Shown in pieces: positions 41,175 through 51,221 of a stretch of 64,000 bases of DNA. The notes beneath the pieces were generated by a model. That model was not told the origin of the DNA, searched no databases, and was given only the letters and a program-made list of their open reading frames with translations. A program made the translations under genes and the position numbers. Position 1 is the stretch's first letter; the number at the start of each line of letters is the position of its first letter. Source of the stretch: Vulcanimicrobiota bacterium (lineage in GTDB: Bacteria > Vulcanimicrobiota > Vulcanimicrobiia > Vulcanimicrobiales > Vulcanimicrobiaceae); the NCBI GenBank assembly GCA_963714015.1, contig OY970223.1:2976001-3040000 (forward strand). Direction: 5' to 3'.

Positions 41175-42805
41175 GTTGTGCGCTTGCGGTGTTCCTGACG
41201 CAAGTCCTTTCGGCGAATGGTGAGCAATGCGACGACTGCGCCGGCCGCAATGAACAGCGCCGAGATCTTCATCGTCTGCGCAAAACTCTCAATCCACGCG
41301 CTGCGCGTTTCTCGCGAGATCTCCGGAAATACGGGAAGATTTTTTATGGGTTTTGGCGCAGACGCAAGCCCGGCGCTGCCCGCTTGCGAACCCGCCTGCA
41401 CGACGGCGCGGCTGATTTTCGCCTTTGGAATGGCGGCGCCGTGCGGTGCATGCAACTGCGCGATGCTGCGCTGAACCATGCTGTCATAATGATTGGTCAG
41501 AAAGACGCCCAGGAACGCGATCCCGAACGCCGTGCCGATCTGACGGCAAACGTTGATGATTCCCGATGCCAAGCCGGCGCGCCGTTCTTCAACCGTTCCT
41601 ACCGCGACCGTATTGATAGGCGCGTTAGCAATCCCCAATCCTACGCCGATCAGCACGAAAGGCGCGACCAGAACGGTCCATTGCGCTTGCGTATCGGCAG
41701 GTGAGATGCGCGTCATCAGCAGCATTCCGATAGCACCCAGCGCTAAGCCGGCCGTAATAATCCAGCGCGGCCCAATCTTGTCGGTGTAGCGACCGGCGAT
41801 CGGCGCGCAAAACCCGACGAGAATCGTCATCGGCAACAGGTGGATGCCTGTCTGCAGCGGATCGAAACCGAGCGCGTTTTGCAGGTAAAGCGTAAGAAAG
41901 AAAATGCAGGCAACCAGCGCAGACGCGAGCGCAAATACGGCAATCGCATCTCCCGCAAAGCTGCGGTTCTTGAAGAGCCGGAAGTCGATGATCGGATCGT
42001 CCATTCGCAATTCGGTAAAAATCAGTGCGGCTAATGCGGCCGCCGAGACGATAAACGGCCAAGCAATCTGTAGAAAGGGCGCGCCGCGCAGATTGTCGAG
42101 GCGAATCAAGCCCCAGACGAGCGTAAAGATCGTCACGGAGAGAAGCGCCGTGCCGGCCCAGTCGATGCGATGCCCGCCCTCCTCGTCGCGGCTCTCGTCA
42201 ATCGTGGCGTAGCTCAGCGCTATCGAAAGCAAGCCGATCGGCAGGTTCAAAAAGAATATCGAGGGCCATCCGAATCGTGCGATGAGCAATCCGCCGATGA
42301 GCGGTCCCGACGCCAAGCCCAAGCCGCTCATCGCGCCCCAGAAGCCAATCGCAACACCCTTCTGCTGCCCTTGAAACGCCTGTGACACAATCGCAAGCGA
42401 GACAGGCATCATAATAGCGGCGCCGCAACCTTGAATCGCCCGCGCTGCCAGAAGCGCGTCGATCTTGGGGAGCGATCCGAACTGAAGCATCCCGGAAAGG
42501 CCCGCCAGCGCCGAACCTGCGATAAAAATGGAAAGTCCGATCGTCAAAAAACGGCGGCGGCCGAACATATCGCTCAAGCGGCCGCCGGTGACCAAAATGA
42601 CGGCCAAAGCGAGCGCGTAGGCGTTTACGACCCACTGCAGTTGGTCGAAGCGAGCGTTTAGTTCGCGTTGGAGTGTCGGTAGGGCGACGTTGACGATCGT
42701 AACGTCGAGAAGAGCCATGGTAATCGAGATACAAGCGTTTCCGAGCGTCCACCACTTGCGGCGCTCACCGCATGCGCCGATGGCATTCTGTATCGACTGA
42801 ACCAC
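41171..42805 (-). CDS. MFS efflux transporter, DHA2 (EmrB/QacA) family
   Basis: LDVTIVNVALP, WVVNAY, GRLSDMFGRRR, RAIQG.G, GPLIGG, W..IFFLNLPIG and IDW.G. Confidence 0.92.
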   Translation of the reverse strand: MVQSIQNAIGACGERRKWWTLGNACISITMALLDVTIVNVALPTLQRELNARFDQLQWVVNAYALALAVILVTGGRLSDMFGRRRFLTIGLSIFIAGSALAGLSGMLQFGSLPKIDALLAARAIQGCGAAIMMPVSLAIVSQAFQGQQKGVAIGFWGAMSGLGLASGPLIGGLLIARFGWPSIFFLNLPIGLLSIALSYATIDESRDEEGGHRIDWAGTALLSVTIFTLVWGLIRLDNLRGAPFLQIAWPFIVSAAALAALIFTELRMDDPIIDFRLFKNRSFAGDAIAVFALASALVACIFFLTLYLQNALGFDPLQTGIHLLPMTILVGFCAPIAGRYTDKIGPRWIITAGLALGAIGMLLMTRISPADTQAQWTVLVAPFVLIGVGLGIANAPINTVAVGTVEERRAGLASGIINVCRQIGTAFGIAFLGVFLTNHYDSMVQRSIAQLHAPHGAAIPKAKISRAVVQAGSQAGSAGLASAPKPIKNLPVFPEISRETRSAWIESFAQTMKISALFIAAGAVVALLTIRRKDLRQEHRKRTT

Positions 42806-42839
42806 GCCAGGGTCTTCCCCTTCCGCGTTGGCGATTAAC

Positions 42840-44213
42840 CTAGAGCGGTCCGCCTACGCGTATGCGCGGTTCGTGCGCAACGGGAACGTTGGGGTAACTG
42901 CCGGTGAGGCATCCCAGGCACATCTCCTTTTCGCTGCGGCCGACTGCTAAGACAAGACCTTCCAGACTCAGATACCCCAGAGTGTCGGCGCCGATCTTTT
43001 GGCGGATCTGTTCGACGGTGAAGTTGGCGGCGACGAGCTCGTCGTACGTCGCCATGTCGACGCCCAAATAACATGGATGCTTGATCGGCGGCGAGGTGAT
43101 CCGCACGTGCACCTCGTCGGCCCCTGCGTCGCGCAGCAGCTGCACGATGCGCGGCGTAGTCGTGCCGCGCACGATGGAATCATCCACCACCACGACCCGC
43201 TGGCCGCGCAGGTTCTCGATCACGGGATTGAACTTCAGCTGCACGCCGCGGTTGCGCATGCCTTGATCGGGGCTGATGAACGTGCGGCCGATGTAGCGGT
43301 TCTTTATAAGTCCTTCCACGTACGGAAGTTCGCTTTGCGCCGCATAACCGATGCCGCCCGGAATCGCGGAATCGGGAACCGCCATGACGACGTCCGCGTC
43401 CACGGGATGCTCCTGAGCCAGCTGCCGCCCCATCCGGTAACGCGCCATGTAGATCGACTGATCGTTCATGCGCGAATCGGGCCGCGCAAAGTAAATGTAC
43501 TCGAACATGCACAGCGCGCGCACTTCCTTGCGATCCGAACGGATGGACTCGACGCCGCGCTCGTTGATGCGCAGAATCTCGCCGGCCTCGAGCTCGCGGA
43601 CGTACGTTGCGCCGATCGTCTGCAGCGCGCACGATTCCGACGCGACGACCCAACCCTCGCCGTACTTTCCCAGACACAACGGTCGCACGCCCCATGGATC
43701 GCGGAAGGCGTACAGTTCGTTTTCAGTGCACAGCACGATCGAATACGCGCCGCGCGCCTTCTCCAAAACGGAACGAATGCGATCGGTCATGGAACCGCCG
43801 GCCTCGACGAGAATCTTGGCCATGACTTCGGAATCGGACGTCGCTTGCAGCGTGGTCGAGGGCGAAAGCAGTTCGCGCAGCTCGTCCGTGTTGGTCAGGT
43901 TACCGTTGTGCGCGAACGCGAAATCACCCAGCTCCGTGCGTTCGAGCAGCGGTTGGGCGTTCACGACGATTGACGATCCGGTGGTGGAGTACCGCGTGTG
44001 ACCGGCGGCGATATGGCCGCTGAGCCCGCCCAAAATATCTTCGTCGAAGATGGCGCCGATCAAGCCCATGTCTTTGTGCGACCGGATGGTGCCGCCGTCC
44101 GCGCAAGCGATGCCGGCGGATTCTTGCCCGCGATGCTGCAACGCGAAGAGGGCAAAGTACGCAAGCCGGGCCGCATCCTGTCCCGGTGCGAAAATGCCCG
44201 TTATGCCGCACAT
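42840..44213 (-). CDS. purF: Amidophosphoribosyltransferase
   Basis: N-terminal MCGI, QHRGQESAG, GHTRYSTTG, AHNGNL, C.FEYIYFARPDS and VVDDSIVRGTT. Confidence 0.97.
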   Translation of the reverse strand: MCGITGIFAPGQDAARLAYFALFALQHRGQESAGIACADGGTIRSHKDMGLIGAIFDEDILGGLSGHIAAGHTRYSTTGSSIVVNAQPLLERTELGDFAFAHNGNLTNTDELRELLSPSTTLQATSDSEVMAKILVEAGGSMTDRIRSVLEKARGAYSIVLCTENELYAFRDPWGVRPLCLGKYGEGWVVASESCALQTIGATYVRELEAGEILRINERGVESIRSDRKEVRALCMFEYIYFARPDSRMNDQSIYMARYRMGRQLAQEHPVDADVVMAVPDSAIPGGIGYAAQSELPYVEGLIKNRYIGRTFISPDQGMRNRGVQLKFNPVIENLRGQRVVVVDDSIVRGTTTPRIVQLLRDAGADEVHVRITSPPIKHPCYLGVDMATYDELVAANFTVEQIRQKIGADTLGYLSLEGLVLAVGRSEKEMCLGCLTGSYPNVPVAHEPRIRVGGPL

Positions 44214-44256
44214 GAGACGTTTATTCTACAGCGTGCGAACTCTTCCGGCAGTGCGT

Positions 44257-44919
44257 TTAGTCTCTGCGGCGACCGCCCAGCAGCTGAAGGACCGCAAGAA
44301 AGATGTTGATTGCGTCCAGGTAGATTTGCACGGCAAGCTGGACCGGCGTGAAGCCGTCGCCGCCTGCGCGAATACGCGCAAAATCGATCAGCACCAGGAA
44401 GGTGAATATCGCCAGCACACCCCACGAGTAGGTCGTGGGATGCACCCAGTGGGTGAACGCGGAAACGATGCCGAGCAGCACGAGCGCAATCAGCGCCAAA
44501 AAAACGTATCCCTGAAAGCGCCGCAAATCGAGGCCCGTCGCGTACACGACGCAGCCCATTGCGAGCATGCCCAAACCGGTAGTGGACGCTGCCTGCACGA
44601 CGATATCCGGGCCAAAAGCGCTAACGTAATGCGCAATCGTGGGCGCCAGTCCAACGCCCTCCAGCAGCGCGAACACGTAGAACAGCGCAAGCGAAACAAC
44701 TTGATTCGCCCGGGTGGCGTTGATCGCAAACAGCAGCAAAAAGCCCACGATCATCGCGATCAAGCCCGCGCCGTAACTGACGCCTTGGAAGAAATATGAG
44801 GCAATCGCCGTGATCAGCAGTCCGACCGCGGTGATGCCGAGCACCTGTCCGAGCAAGGACTGAACGGGCACCGCCGGCGCGTAACCGTAGCGCGGCGGTG
44901 ACTGGAAACGCATGGCCAT
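44257..44919 (-). CDS. Bax inhibitor-1/YccA family membrane protein
   Basis: About seven TM segments with the C-terminal A..IYLDAIN.F..LQLL motif; GAGAGG upstream. Confidence 0.88.
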   Translation of the reverse strand: MAMRFQSPPRYGYAPAVPVQSLLGQVLGITAVGLLITAIASYFFQGVSYGAGLIAMIVGFLLLFAINATRANQVVSLALFYVFALLEGVGLAPTIAHYVSAFGPDIVVQAASTTGLGMLAMGCVVYATGLDLRRFQGYVFLALIALVLLGIVSAFTHWVHPTTYSWGVLAIFTFLVLIDFARIRAGGDGFTPVQLAVQIYLDAINIFLAVLQLLGGRRRD

Positions 44920-44969
44920 CGCCTCTCAATACCCCGGGTTCGCCCTGGGAGTTTCCCGGCCGTTGCGCT

Positions 44970-44983
44970 CGAACATATGTTCG
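44970..44983. promoter_or_regulatory. LexA/SOS-box-like operator (GAAC-N4-GTTC)
   Basis: Perfect palindrome CGAACATATGTTCG, immediately downstream of a minus-strand TTGAAC-N17-CATAAC promoter candidate. Confidence 0.65.
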
Positions 44984-45099
44984 TTATGCGGCAGGCATAC
45001 GTGACGTTCAAATACCGTTGTCGATACGCGCTCCACGTACCGGTAACTACTGAATTTCGGGTATGTCGGCGTATCCCGCCGTACCGCTATGGTTAGGGC

Positions 45100-45330
45100 G
45101 TGAAGGAACAGCCCGCGGACCGAGTGTGGTCGGCAATGAAGCAAATGGCCGCCAAAGAGAAGGTCGCCGTGAACAGCAAGCAGGCAGGAGACCGGATCCG
45201 GTTATTGCTCATTCAGGAGGGTGCGCACAGTTTGCCCGACACGGCTTTGCGTTTCTTCGCCGAGGAATACGTCGCCATGGTCGGCCGAAACCTGGACTCT
45301 AGAACGACGCGATATCGCTCCGATACGTGA
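45100..45330 (+). CDS. Small hypothetical protein (76 aa)
   Basis: Protein-like helical composition; TATGGT lies 6 nt before the GTG; overlaps the purD 3' end convergently. Confidence 0.45.
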   Translation: MKEQPADRVWSAMKQMAAKEKVAVNSKQAGDRIRLLLIQEGAHSLPDTALRFFAEEYVAMVGRNLDSRTTRYRSDT

Positions 45331-46570
45331 GCTTCTCCCGCGCCGGAACGCGCCGGGCCAAGTCTCTCAACGCGTCGTACGCACGTATTCTTGCAGCTTC
45401 GAGGTCGTCGCCTAGACCCGTCACCGTCAGTACGCGGCCGCCGCCCGAACGAATCGTACCGTCGGGCGCCAAGCTGGAACCGCCCCAAAACGCCTGCGCG
45501 TCGAGCCCCAGATCGACGTTCGCAGGCAGGCCGCTCACAGGCGTGGACGCGACCGGATACCTGTCCGTGGCAAGCACCACTCCGACGCACGCACGCGCGG
45601 CGAATGAAGCTGCACCGAGGTCCAGCGCACCGTCGGCTGCGGACTTGAGGAGCATCGCAAAATCTCCGGTGACGCGCGGCATCAGCACCTGCGTCTCCGG
45701 ATCGCCGAACCGCACGTTGAATTCGATCACATACGGGCCGTCGTGCGTCCACATCAACCCGCAGTACAGCACGCCGACGTAGCGTTCGTCTTCGGCTAAC
45801 AGTCCGCGAAGAACGGGCGCGATAATGCGCTCGCGCACGACGTCTTCCAAATTCTCCGGGAATCCCGCCGGCGGCGAGTAAGCGCCCATTCCACCGGTGT
45901 TCGGACCGGTGTCGCCGTCGCCCGCGCGCTTGTAGTCGCAAGCTGCGGCAATGGGAAACATAGCTCGTCCGTCGCTGATCGCGAAAACGCTGACTTCCCG
46001 GCCCTCGAGCTTCTCTTCGAGCAACACCTCCGTGCCGCCGCCGGGGATCTTGTTTCCGCCGTACCATTCTTGCAGCACGGAACGCGCAGCTTTCACGCTG
46101 TCCGCAACGACGACGCCTTTACCTGCTGCTAAACCGTCGGCCTTGATGACGCACGCACCGCTCCAGTCGTCCAGCACGTTCATCGCAGCGTCCAGCGAGT
46201 GCGCGATCTGCGCGCGCGCCGTCGGAATGCCGTGTCGCTCCATGAAGCGTTTGGAGTACACTTTACTCGACTCCAATCGTCCGCTGGAACGATTGGGGCC
46301 GAACGTCGCGATTCCCGCCTCGCGCAAACGATCCCCGACTCCGGCGGCGATGGCGTTCTCCGGGCCGAGCACCACCAAATCGATGCGCTCGTCCACGCAC
46401 TTTTGCACGAGCGCTTTGCCGTCCGTCGCGGAAATGCCCCAGTTTTCGCCCCGCGTCGCCGTACCGGCATTCCCGGGCGCGGCAAAAATTGCTTCGCACG
46501 AGGCCGAAGCGGCAATCCTCCATGAAAGCGCGTCTTCTCTTGCACCGCTGCCTACGACTAGTACGCGCAT
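45299..46570 (-). CDS. purD: Phosphoribosylamine-glycine ligase
   Basis: VLVVGSGARE, APGNAG, KADGLAAGKGV, GPNTGGMG, EFNVRFGDPE and GGRVL. Confidence 0.96.
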   Translation of the reverse strand: MRVLVVGSGAREDALSWRIAASASCEAIFAAPGNAGTATRGENWGISATDGKALVQKCVDERIDLVVLGPENAIAAGVGDRLREAGIATFGPNRSSGRLESSKVYSKRFMERHGIPTARAQIAHSLDAAMNVLDDWSGACVIKADGLAAGKGVVVADSVKAARSVLQEWYGGNKIPGGGTEVLLEEKLEGREVSVFAISDGRAMFPIAAACDYKRAGDGDTGPNTGGMGAYSPPAGFPENLEDVVRERIIAPVLRGLLAEDERYVGVLYCGLMWTHDGPYVIEFNVRFGDPETQVLMPRVTGDFAMLLKSAADGALDLGAASFAARACVGVVLATDRYPVASTPVSGLPANVDLGLDAQAFWGGSSLAPDGTIRSGGGRVLTVTGLGDDLEAARIRAYDALRDLARRVPAREKLTYRSDIASF

Positions 46571-46591
46571 CCGGCTACCCGTGTCATCGCA

Positions 46592-48133
46592 TCATTCCCA
46601 TTCTACTGTCGACGGCGGTTTGCTGGTGATGTCGTACGCGACGCGGTTTACGCCGGGAACCTCGTTGACGATGCGGGTCGAGATGCGCTCGAGTAATTCG
46701 AACGGAAGGCGCGCCCAGTCCGCGGTCATGCCGTCTTCGCTGGTAATGGCGCGTACCGCGACCAAATTCGAATACGTGCGCCCGTCGCCCATTACGCCGA
46801 CGCTCTTAACCGGCGTTAACACGCCGAAGTATTGCCAGGGTTTGGGATCGAGACGCGCGCCGTCGATCTCTTCGCACACGATGGCGTCCGCTTCGCGTAC
46901 CAGTTCCAAGCGTTCGTCGGTGATGTCGCCGATTATTCGCACGGCAAGACCCGGTCCGGGGAACGGCTGACGCTGCACGATGTGCTCCGGCAGTCCGAGC
47001 ACGCGTCCGAGCGCCCGCACTTCGTCTTTGAAGAGCGTGCGCAGCGGCTCGAGTAGCCCGAAGTTCATCTCCTCCGGCAGGCCGCCGACATTGTGGTGGG
47101 ACTTGATCTTGTGACCGGCCTTGCTTGCCGGCGTCTTCGATTCAATGACGTCGGGATAGAGCGTGCCCTGGACGAGAAACTCAACGCCCGGAATCTTCGC
47201 CGCCTCTTCTTCGAAGACGCGGATGAATTCGTGCCCGATGATGATGCGCTTTTGCTCGGGGTCCGCCACGCCGGTTAGTTTATCCAAAAATCGCCGCCGC
47301 GCATCGACGGCAATGACGTTCAGATGCATGACGTCGCGAAACGCTTCGATCACGCGCTCCGCTTCATTTTTGCGCAGCAGCCCATGATCGACGAACAGGC
47401 ACGTGAGCCGATCCCCAATAGCGCGCGACACGAGCGTCGCGGCAACCGCGGAGTCCACGCCGCCCGAAAGGGCGCAAATCACCTTGGCGTTCCCGGCTTT
47501 TTTTTGAACCTCCGCCACCGCGAGCTCGACGAACGACTCCATTTGCCAGTCCGAAGCAATACCAACGATGCGGTGAAGAAAATTCTCGATGACCGCGCGC
47601 CCGTGCAGCGTGTGCACGACTTCGGGATGGAACTGTACGGCATAGGTTTTGCGCGCATCGTCGGCCATCGCCGCGACCTTACAGCGCGGCGTGCTGCCTA
47701 TCGCCTGAAAACCTTCGGGCAAACGCTCGACGGAGTCGCCGTGCGACATCCAGACGCGCGACTCGTCGGGCACGCCGTCGAACAGCGGGTTGCGCGCCGT
47801 CACGTGAAGGTTTGCAGGTCCGTACTCGGCGTGATCGAGTTTGACGAGCTGCGCGCCGCACTGACGCGCGACGAGCTGCATGCCGTAGCAAATTGCAAGA
47901 ATCGGTACGCCGCTCTTCACAATCTGCGAATCCATGTCGGGGGCGCCGGGAACCAACGTGCTTTCCGGACCGCCGCTCAAAATGAAAGCCGCGGGATTGC
48001 GCGCGGCAAGTTCGCTCCAGGGCGTGTCGTGGGGCACAATCTCGCAGTAGACGTGGGCTTCGCGCGTGCGGCGCGCAATGAGCTGGCTGTATTGGGAGCC
48101 GAAGTCCAGGATCAGAACGGTGGAGGGGGCCAT
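46592..48133 (-). CDS. guaA: GMP synthase (glutamine-hydrolyzing)
   Basis: [42 protein letters not shown] and KPPSTVEWE. Confidence 0.97.
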   Translation of the reverse strand: MAPSTVLILDFGSQYSQLIARRTREAHVYCEIVPHDTPWSELAARNPAAFILSGGPESTLVPGAPDMDSQIVKSGVPILAICYGMQLVARQCGAQLVKLDHAEYGPANLHVTARNPLFDGVPDESRVWMSHGDSVERLPEGFQAIGSTPRCKVAAMADDARKTYAVQFHPEVVHTLHGRAVIENFLHRIVGIASDWQMESFVELAVAEVQKKAGNAKVICALSGGVDSAVAATLVSRAIGDRLTCLFVDHGLLRKNEAERVIEAFRDVMHLNVIAVDARRRFLDKLTGVADPEQKRIIIGHEFIRVFEEEAAKIPGVEFLVQGTLYPDVIESKTPASKAGHKIKSHHNVGGLPEEMNFGLLEPLRTLFKDEVRALGRVLGLPEHIVQRQPFPGPGLAVRIIGDITDERLELVREADAIVCEEIDGARLDPKPWQYFGVLTPVKSVGVMGDGRTYSNLVAVRAITSEDGMTADWARLPFELLERISTRIVNEVPGVNRVAYDITSKPPSTVEWE

Positions 48134-48184
48134 CTTGGCCGTCCTTTCGCCCTTCGGCCCCCGGCCCTTTCTTGCGTCGCCCCG

Positions 48185-48709
48185 TTAAGCGTTCGCGGCA
48201 GAAGAGGTGCGATTCGCCGCCGCAATCACGTCTTCGTAGTCCGGTTCCTGCGCAACCTCGGGAACGATTTGCCTATACAATATGCTCTTGTTCTTGCCGA
48301 TGATGAACACCGAACGCGCAAGCAGTCCCAGCTCCTCGATCAGCACGCCGTACGCCGATCCGAATGCACCATCGCGGTAATCGGACAGAAAGTGCAGTAC
48401 GACTTCTCCTTGTTCGTTCGCCCAGCGCGTCTGCGCAAACGGCAAATCGCGGCTTACGATATACGCCGTAACGTCCGCCGGCAGCTCCGCAACGCGTTTA
48501 TTGAATTTTTGCGACTCCAGCGAACAAACGCCGGTGTCGAGTGACGGAACGACGATCAGGAGCGCATTGCGGGTACCGCCTTTGACGACATCGTCCAGGG
48601 TCACCGCTTGCATCTCCGTATTCACCAGTGTGAACCCGGGCGCCGTATCTCCGGTCGCGAGATCCGGTCCTCTCAGCGTCACTGGATTGCCTTTGAATGT
48701 AACAGTCAT
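48185..48709 (-). CDS. tpx: Thiol peroxidase
   Basis: VTFKGNP, PSLDTGVC, SRDLPFAQ, SDYR..FG..YG, LARSVF and EPDY. Confidence 0.93.
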   Translation of the reverse strand: MTVTFKGNPVTLRGPDLATGDTAPGFTLVNTEMQAVTLDDVVKGGTRNALLIVVPSLDTGVCSLESQKFNKRVAELPADVTAYIVSRDLPFAQTRWANEQGEVVLHFLSDYRDGAFGSAYGVLIEELGLLARSVFIIGKNKSILYRQIVPEVAQEPDYEDVIAAANRTSSAANA

Positions 48710-48742
48710 CGTTTAATCCTCCCGGGCTCGCGTTTCTGCGGA

Positions 48743-49870
48743 TTAGGTCAGCACCTCTTCCAAGCGCCCGGCGTCGCGCGCCAACACGACCTCCATGGCG
48801 ATGCGTTCGCCGACGGAAACGTCGCGGCCCCACCGGTACGCCGAGTAGGGCGTGAAGCGCGTCCCGGGAGATCCGGGAATGCGCAGGGATACGTCGTAGC
48901 AGACGAATTCCTTCGGCGGTCCCGCGACGATGATGCATTGCAGTGCGAAGGGGCCGATCACGCCGGGCCGGTTCAGTTCACGCGCCACGCGCAAAAAGCG
49001 CTCCCCCATCTCGAACGCCTTCTCCAGCGTCGACTCGGTGAGCGTAGCGGCGATATGCCCCGCTTCCTCCAACCGCATCGGCACGTTTTTCAGCGCGTCC
49101 AATGCGGAAGGGGGCACGTTGCGGAAACCCTCGAGATTGGTCTGCCTGCGCGTATCCGTACCGCATAGTTCGAGTTCGTCCAAGATCGGCGAATAGAAGA
49201 AATTCAAATTAATCGAGGGCCCGAGCGCGTATTCCTCGATGATCGCATTCTGCAATCCGGCGGCACTCAACATCCCCTCGCGCATCAACCGGGTCGAGAT
49301 CGTTTGATAGTCCTGCGGCGACGAACACAAAAAGAACGCCCGTTCGAAGCTCACCTTTGCGTGGGGCGCCTTCACCATGACCAGCCGGTCGATTTCATCA
49401 GGCGACCGGAACTGCACCGGATGCCGAATGCCGGCCTTTTGCAGCAAGGCGTACTGGTTGTGTTCTTCGTCCCGCTCCTCTGCGCGAAGCAGCCGGCGAT
49501 TACCGAACATGGGCACTTTCATCCCGCGTTCGATTTGATCGTAGCTGAACTTTTGATGAAGATAGACTTCGAAAGACCGGTTTGCCAAAAAAATTACGTT
49601 GCGTTTGCGCAATTCGGCCTGAACCTCTTCACGCAAGAGGTCCGGAAACACGTCGAGCTCCAGCGTTTCGTCGACGCATCCACGTGCAGGGCTGCGCTTT
49701 ACGGCGTAATGGCGCGCATACGTCTGTTCGCGTCCTCTCGCAGTCACGACCAAATTGCGAAGACCCTGTGCGCGCGCGCCGTAAGCGACCTCGAGCGCCG
49801 AGTGACTGCCGATCGAACAAAGCGTCAGCGCCGAACGGTCGTAACCGTCCAGCAGACCCAACGCGTTCAC
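48743..49870 (-). CDS. PurP-like ATP-grasp protein (DUF1246/DUF1297; archaeal FAICAR synthase family, second clade)
   Basis: IGSHSALEV..GA...G, NRSF..Y, PMFGNR.LLR.EER, ERAFF, NLNFFYSP, DTRRQTN, GVIGPFALQ and DVSLRIPGSPG; GTG start at 49870. Confidence 0.85.
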   Translation of the reverse strand: MNALGLLDGYDRSALTLCSIGSHSALEVAYGARAQGLRNLVVTARGREQTYARHYAVKRSPARGCVDETLELDVFPDLLREEVQAELRKRNVIFLANRSFEVYLHQKFSYDQIERGMKVPMFGNRRLLRAEERDEEHNQYALLQKAGIRHPVQFRSPDEIDRLVMVKAPHAKVSFERAFFLCSSPQDYQTISTRLMREGMLSAAGLQNAIIEEYALGPSINLNFFYSPILDELELCGTDTRRQTNLEGFRNVPPSALDALKNVPMRLEEAGHIAATLTESTLEKAFEMGERFLRVARELNRPGVIGPFALQCIIVAGPPKEFVCYDVSLRIPGSPGTRFTPYSAYRWGRDVSVGERIAMEVVLARDAGRLEEVLT

Positions 49871-49871
49871 C

Positions 49872-50069
49872 TTAGAGCGGCGCCAGTTCGCCGCGGCGAA
49901 TGCAGCGCCGAATCGCTTCTCGCAGTGCAGGCGAGTCCTGCTCGGCGTGCGTGGTGTAGGCATGCTCTACGGCCGTCTCGATCAGTTCCTCGCCGGTCTG
50001 CGCGGCCAACGCAACGCTGCATACGTCGCGATCGACATAGTCGCGGCAGAGTACGTAGATCAGTGCCAT
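49872..50069 (-). CDS. Small putative metal-binding protein (DUF1059-like)
   Basis: CRD......C....A.T.EEL....VEHA...H pattern; preceded by its own promoter. Confidence 0.7.
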   Translation of the reverse strand: MALIYVLCRDYVDRDVCSVALAAQTGEELIETAVEHAYTTHAEQDSPALREAIRRCIRRGELAPL

Positions 50070-50074
50070 GGCCC

Positions 50075-50104
50075 ATTATAGTCGGCTGCAAACTAAGAGT
50101 TCAA
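50075..50104 (-). promoter_or_regulatory. Sigma70 promoter giving a leaderless transcript of the DUF1059-like gene
   Basis: TTGAAC (50104-50099), 18 bp, TATAAT (50080-50075), 5 nt, then ATG (50069). Confidence 0.65.
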
Positions 50105-51221
50105 GAGCTGCCGTGCCTGCGGCGTGTCCTGGTACTCCACTATTAATATACTTTTAATATGAGTGCGGGCCGCGCTCGCCTCTTGCGTGTTAATTTTTCC
50201 CAGGGTTGTGTAAACGTCTAAGAGGAGTTTGGGCAAATCGCGATCGCGCGGATACACTTTGTGCAGATCGTCGATTGCAACGGCAACCTGCACGGCAGCG
50301 CCGCTCTCCTGTTGATTATAACCATAGCCGATCATGAAGTTAACGTGCTTGAGCTCGTTTTGGATTCCCAAGATCGACATGCCCAGCGGCCCGAAGTACT
50401 CGTCGGCCGGGGCGAGCGTCGTAAGCATCCGCGCTTCGGACATAGCATTGACACTGGCAATCGTCTTCAACTGCGGTAAGTTGTCGACGCGCGCCTGCAC
50501 GAGCTTGGCATTGACGACGTCGCCCTGCGTATAGCCGTCGACTCCATGCGATGCATTGAGCACCGCATTCAAAAAAGCCGGACCCCACGTCGTCGGCAGG
50601 TTTGCGAGTGGAAAGTTCGGATCCGCGGCGTGCTGAAGCGCCAGACTGCGCCAGGACGCATCGTGCGTGATCAGCCAGCCGCGCCACTCCGCCTCGACTC
50701 GCTGCAGCTGCGCATTGGTGTCGTGCGGAAACGCCTGGGCATTGGCCTGTGCATCCTGATCGGCGAGCTGGGCCAATTCAACGGGATCTTCCAGGGCATC
50801 CACACGCTCGAGCAGCGCCTTCGCCTTGGCCACCTCCGTTGGATCCGAATTGTTGCGTTCGACGTAGACTGCCGCTTCGCGAACGTACCACGGAACCGCT
50901 TCGTGATTGGTGAGCGGATTGTAGTGGGTCCCCGTTGCGATGTCGACGGTGTTTTGGAGAATTTCCGGGTACGCCGGATCGTTGGGCATCTGCAGCGAGT
51001 ACGCGCGCCCCGCATCGAACAAGGTCGCAAGATAATACTCTTGGTTATAGAACGTCCAGCCTTGCGCATTGCCCTTATCGTAGGCTGCCTTCATTTGGGC
51101 GTACAGCTTCTGCGGATCGGCCATAAAAGCGGCGCTCGTGACGGCCGGTGCGAGCAGCGCGCACGAGCCGGCCACGGCGGCGGCTAAGCTTCAAGAGTCG
51201 CTTAGAGTTTGCTCGAGTCAT
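50093..51221 (-). CDS. Secreted helical hypothetical protein; probable frameshift at ~51187 in the signal peptide
   Basis: 360-aa ORF 50093..51175. An ATG at 51221 gives MTRANSKRLLKL, which joins AAAVAGSCALLAPAVTSA after a 1-nt shift and forms a normal signal peptide. Confidence 0.6.
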
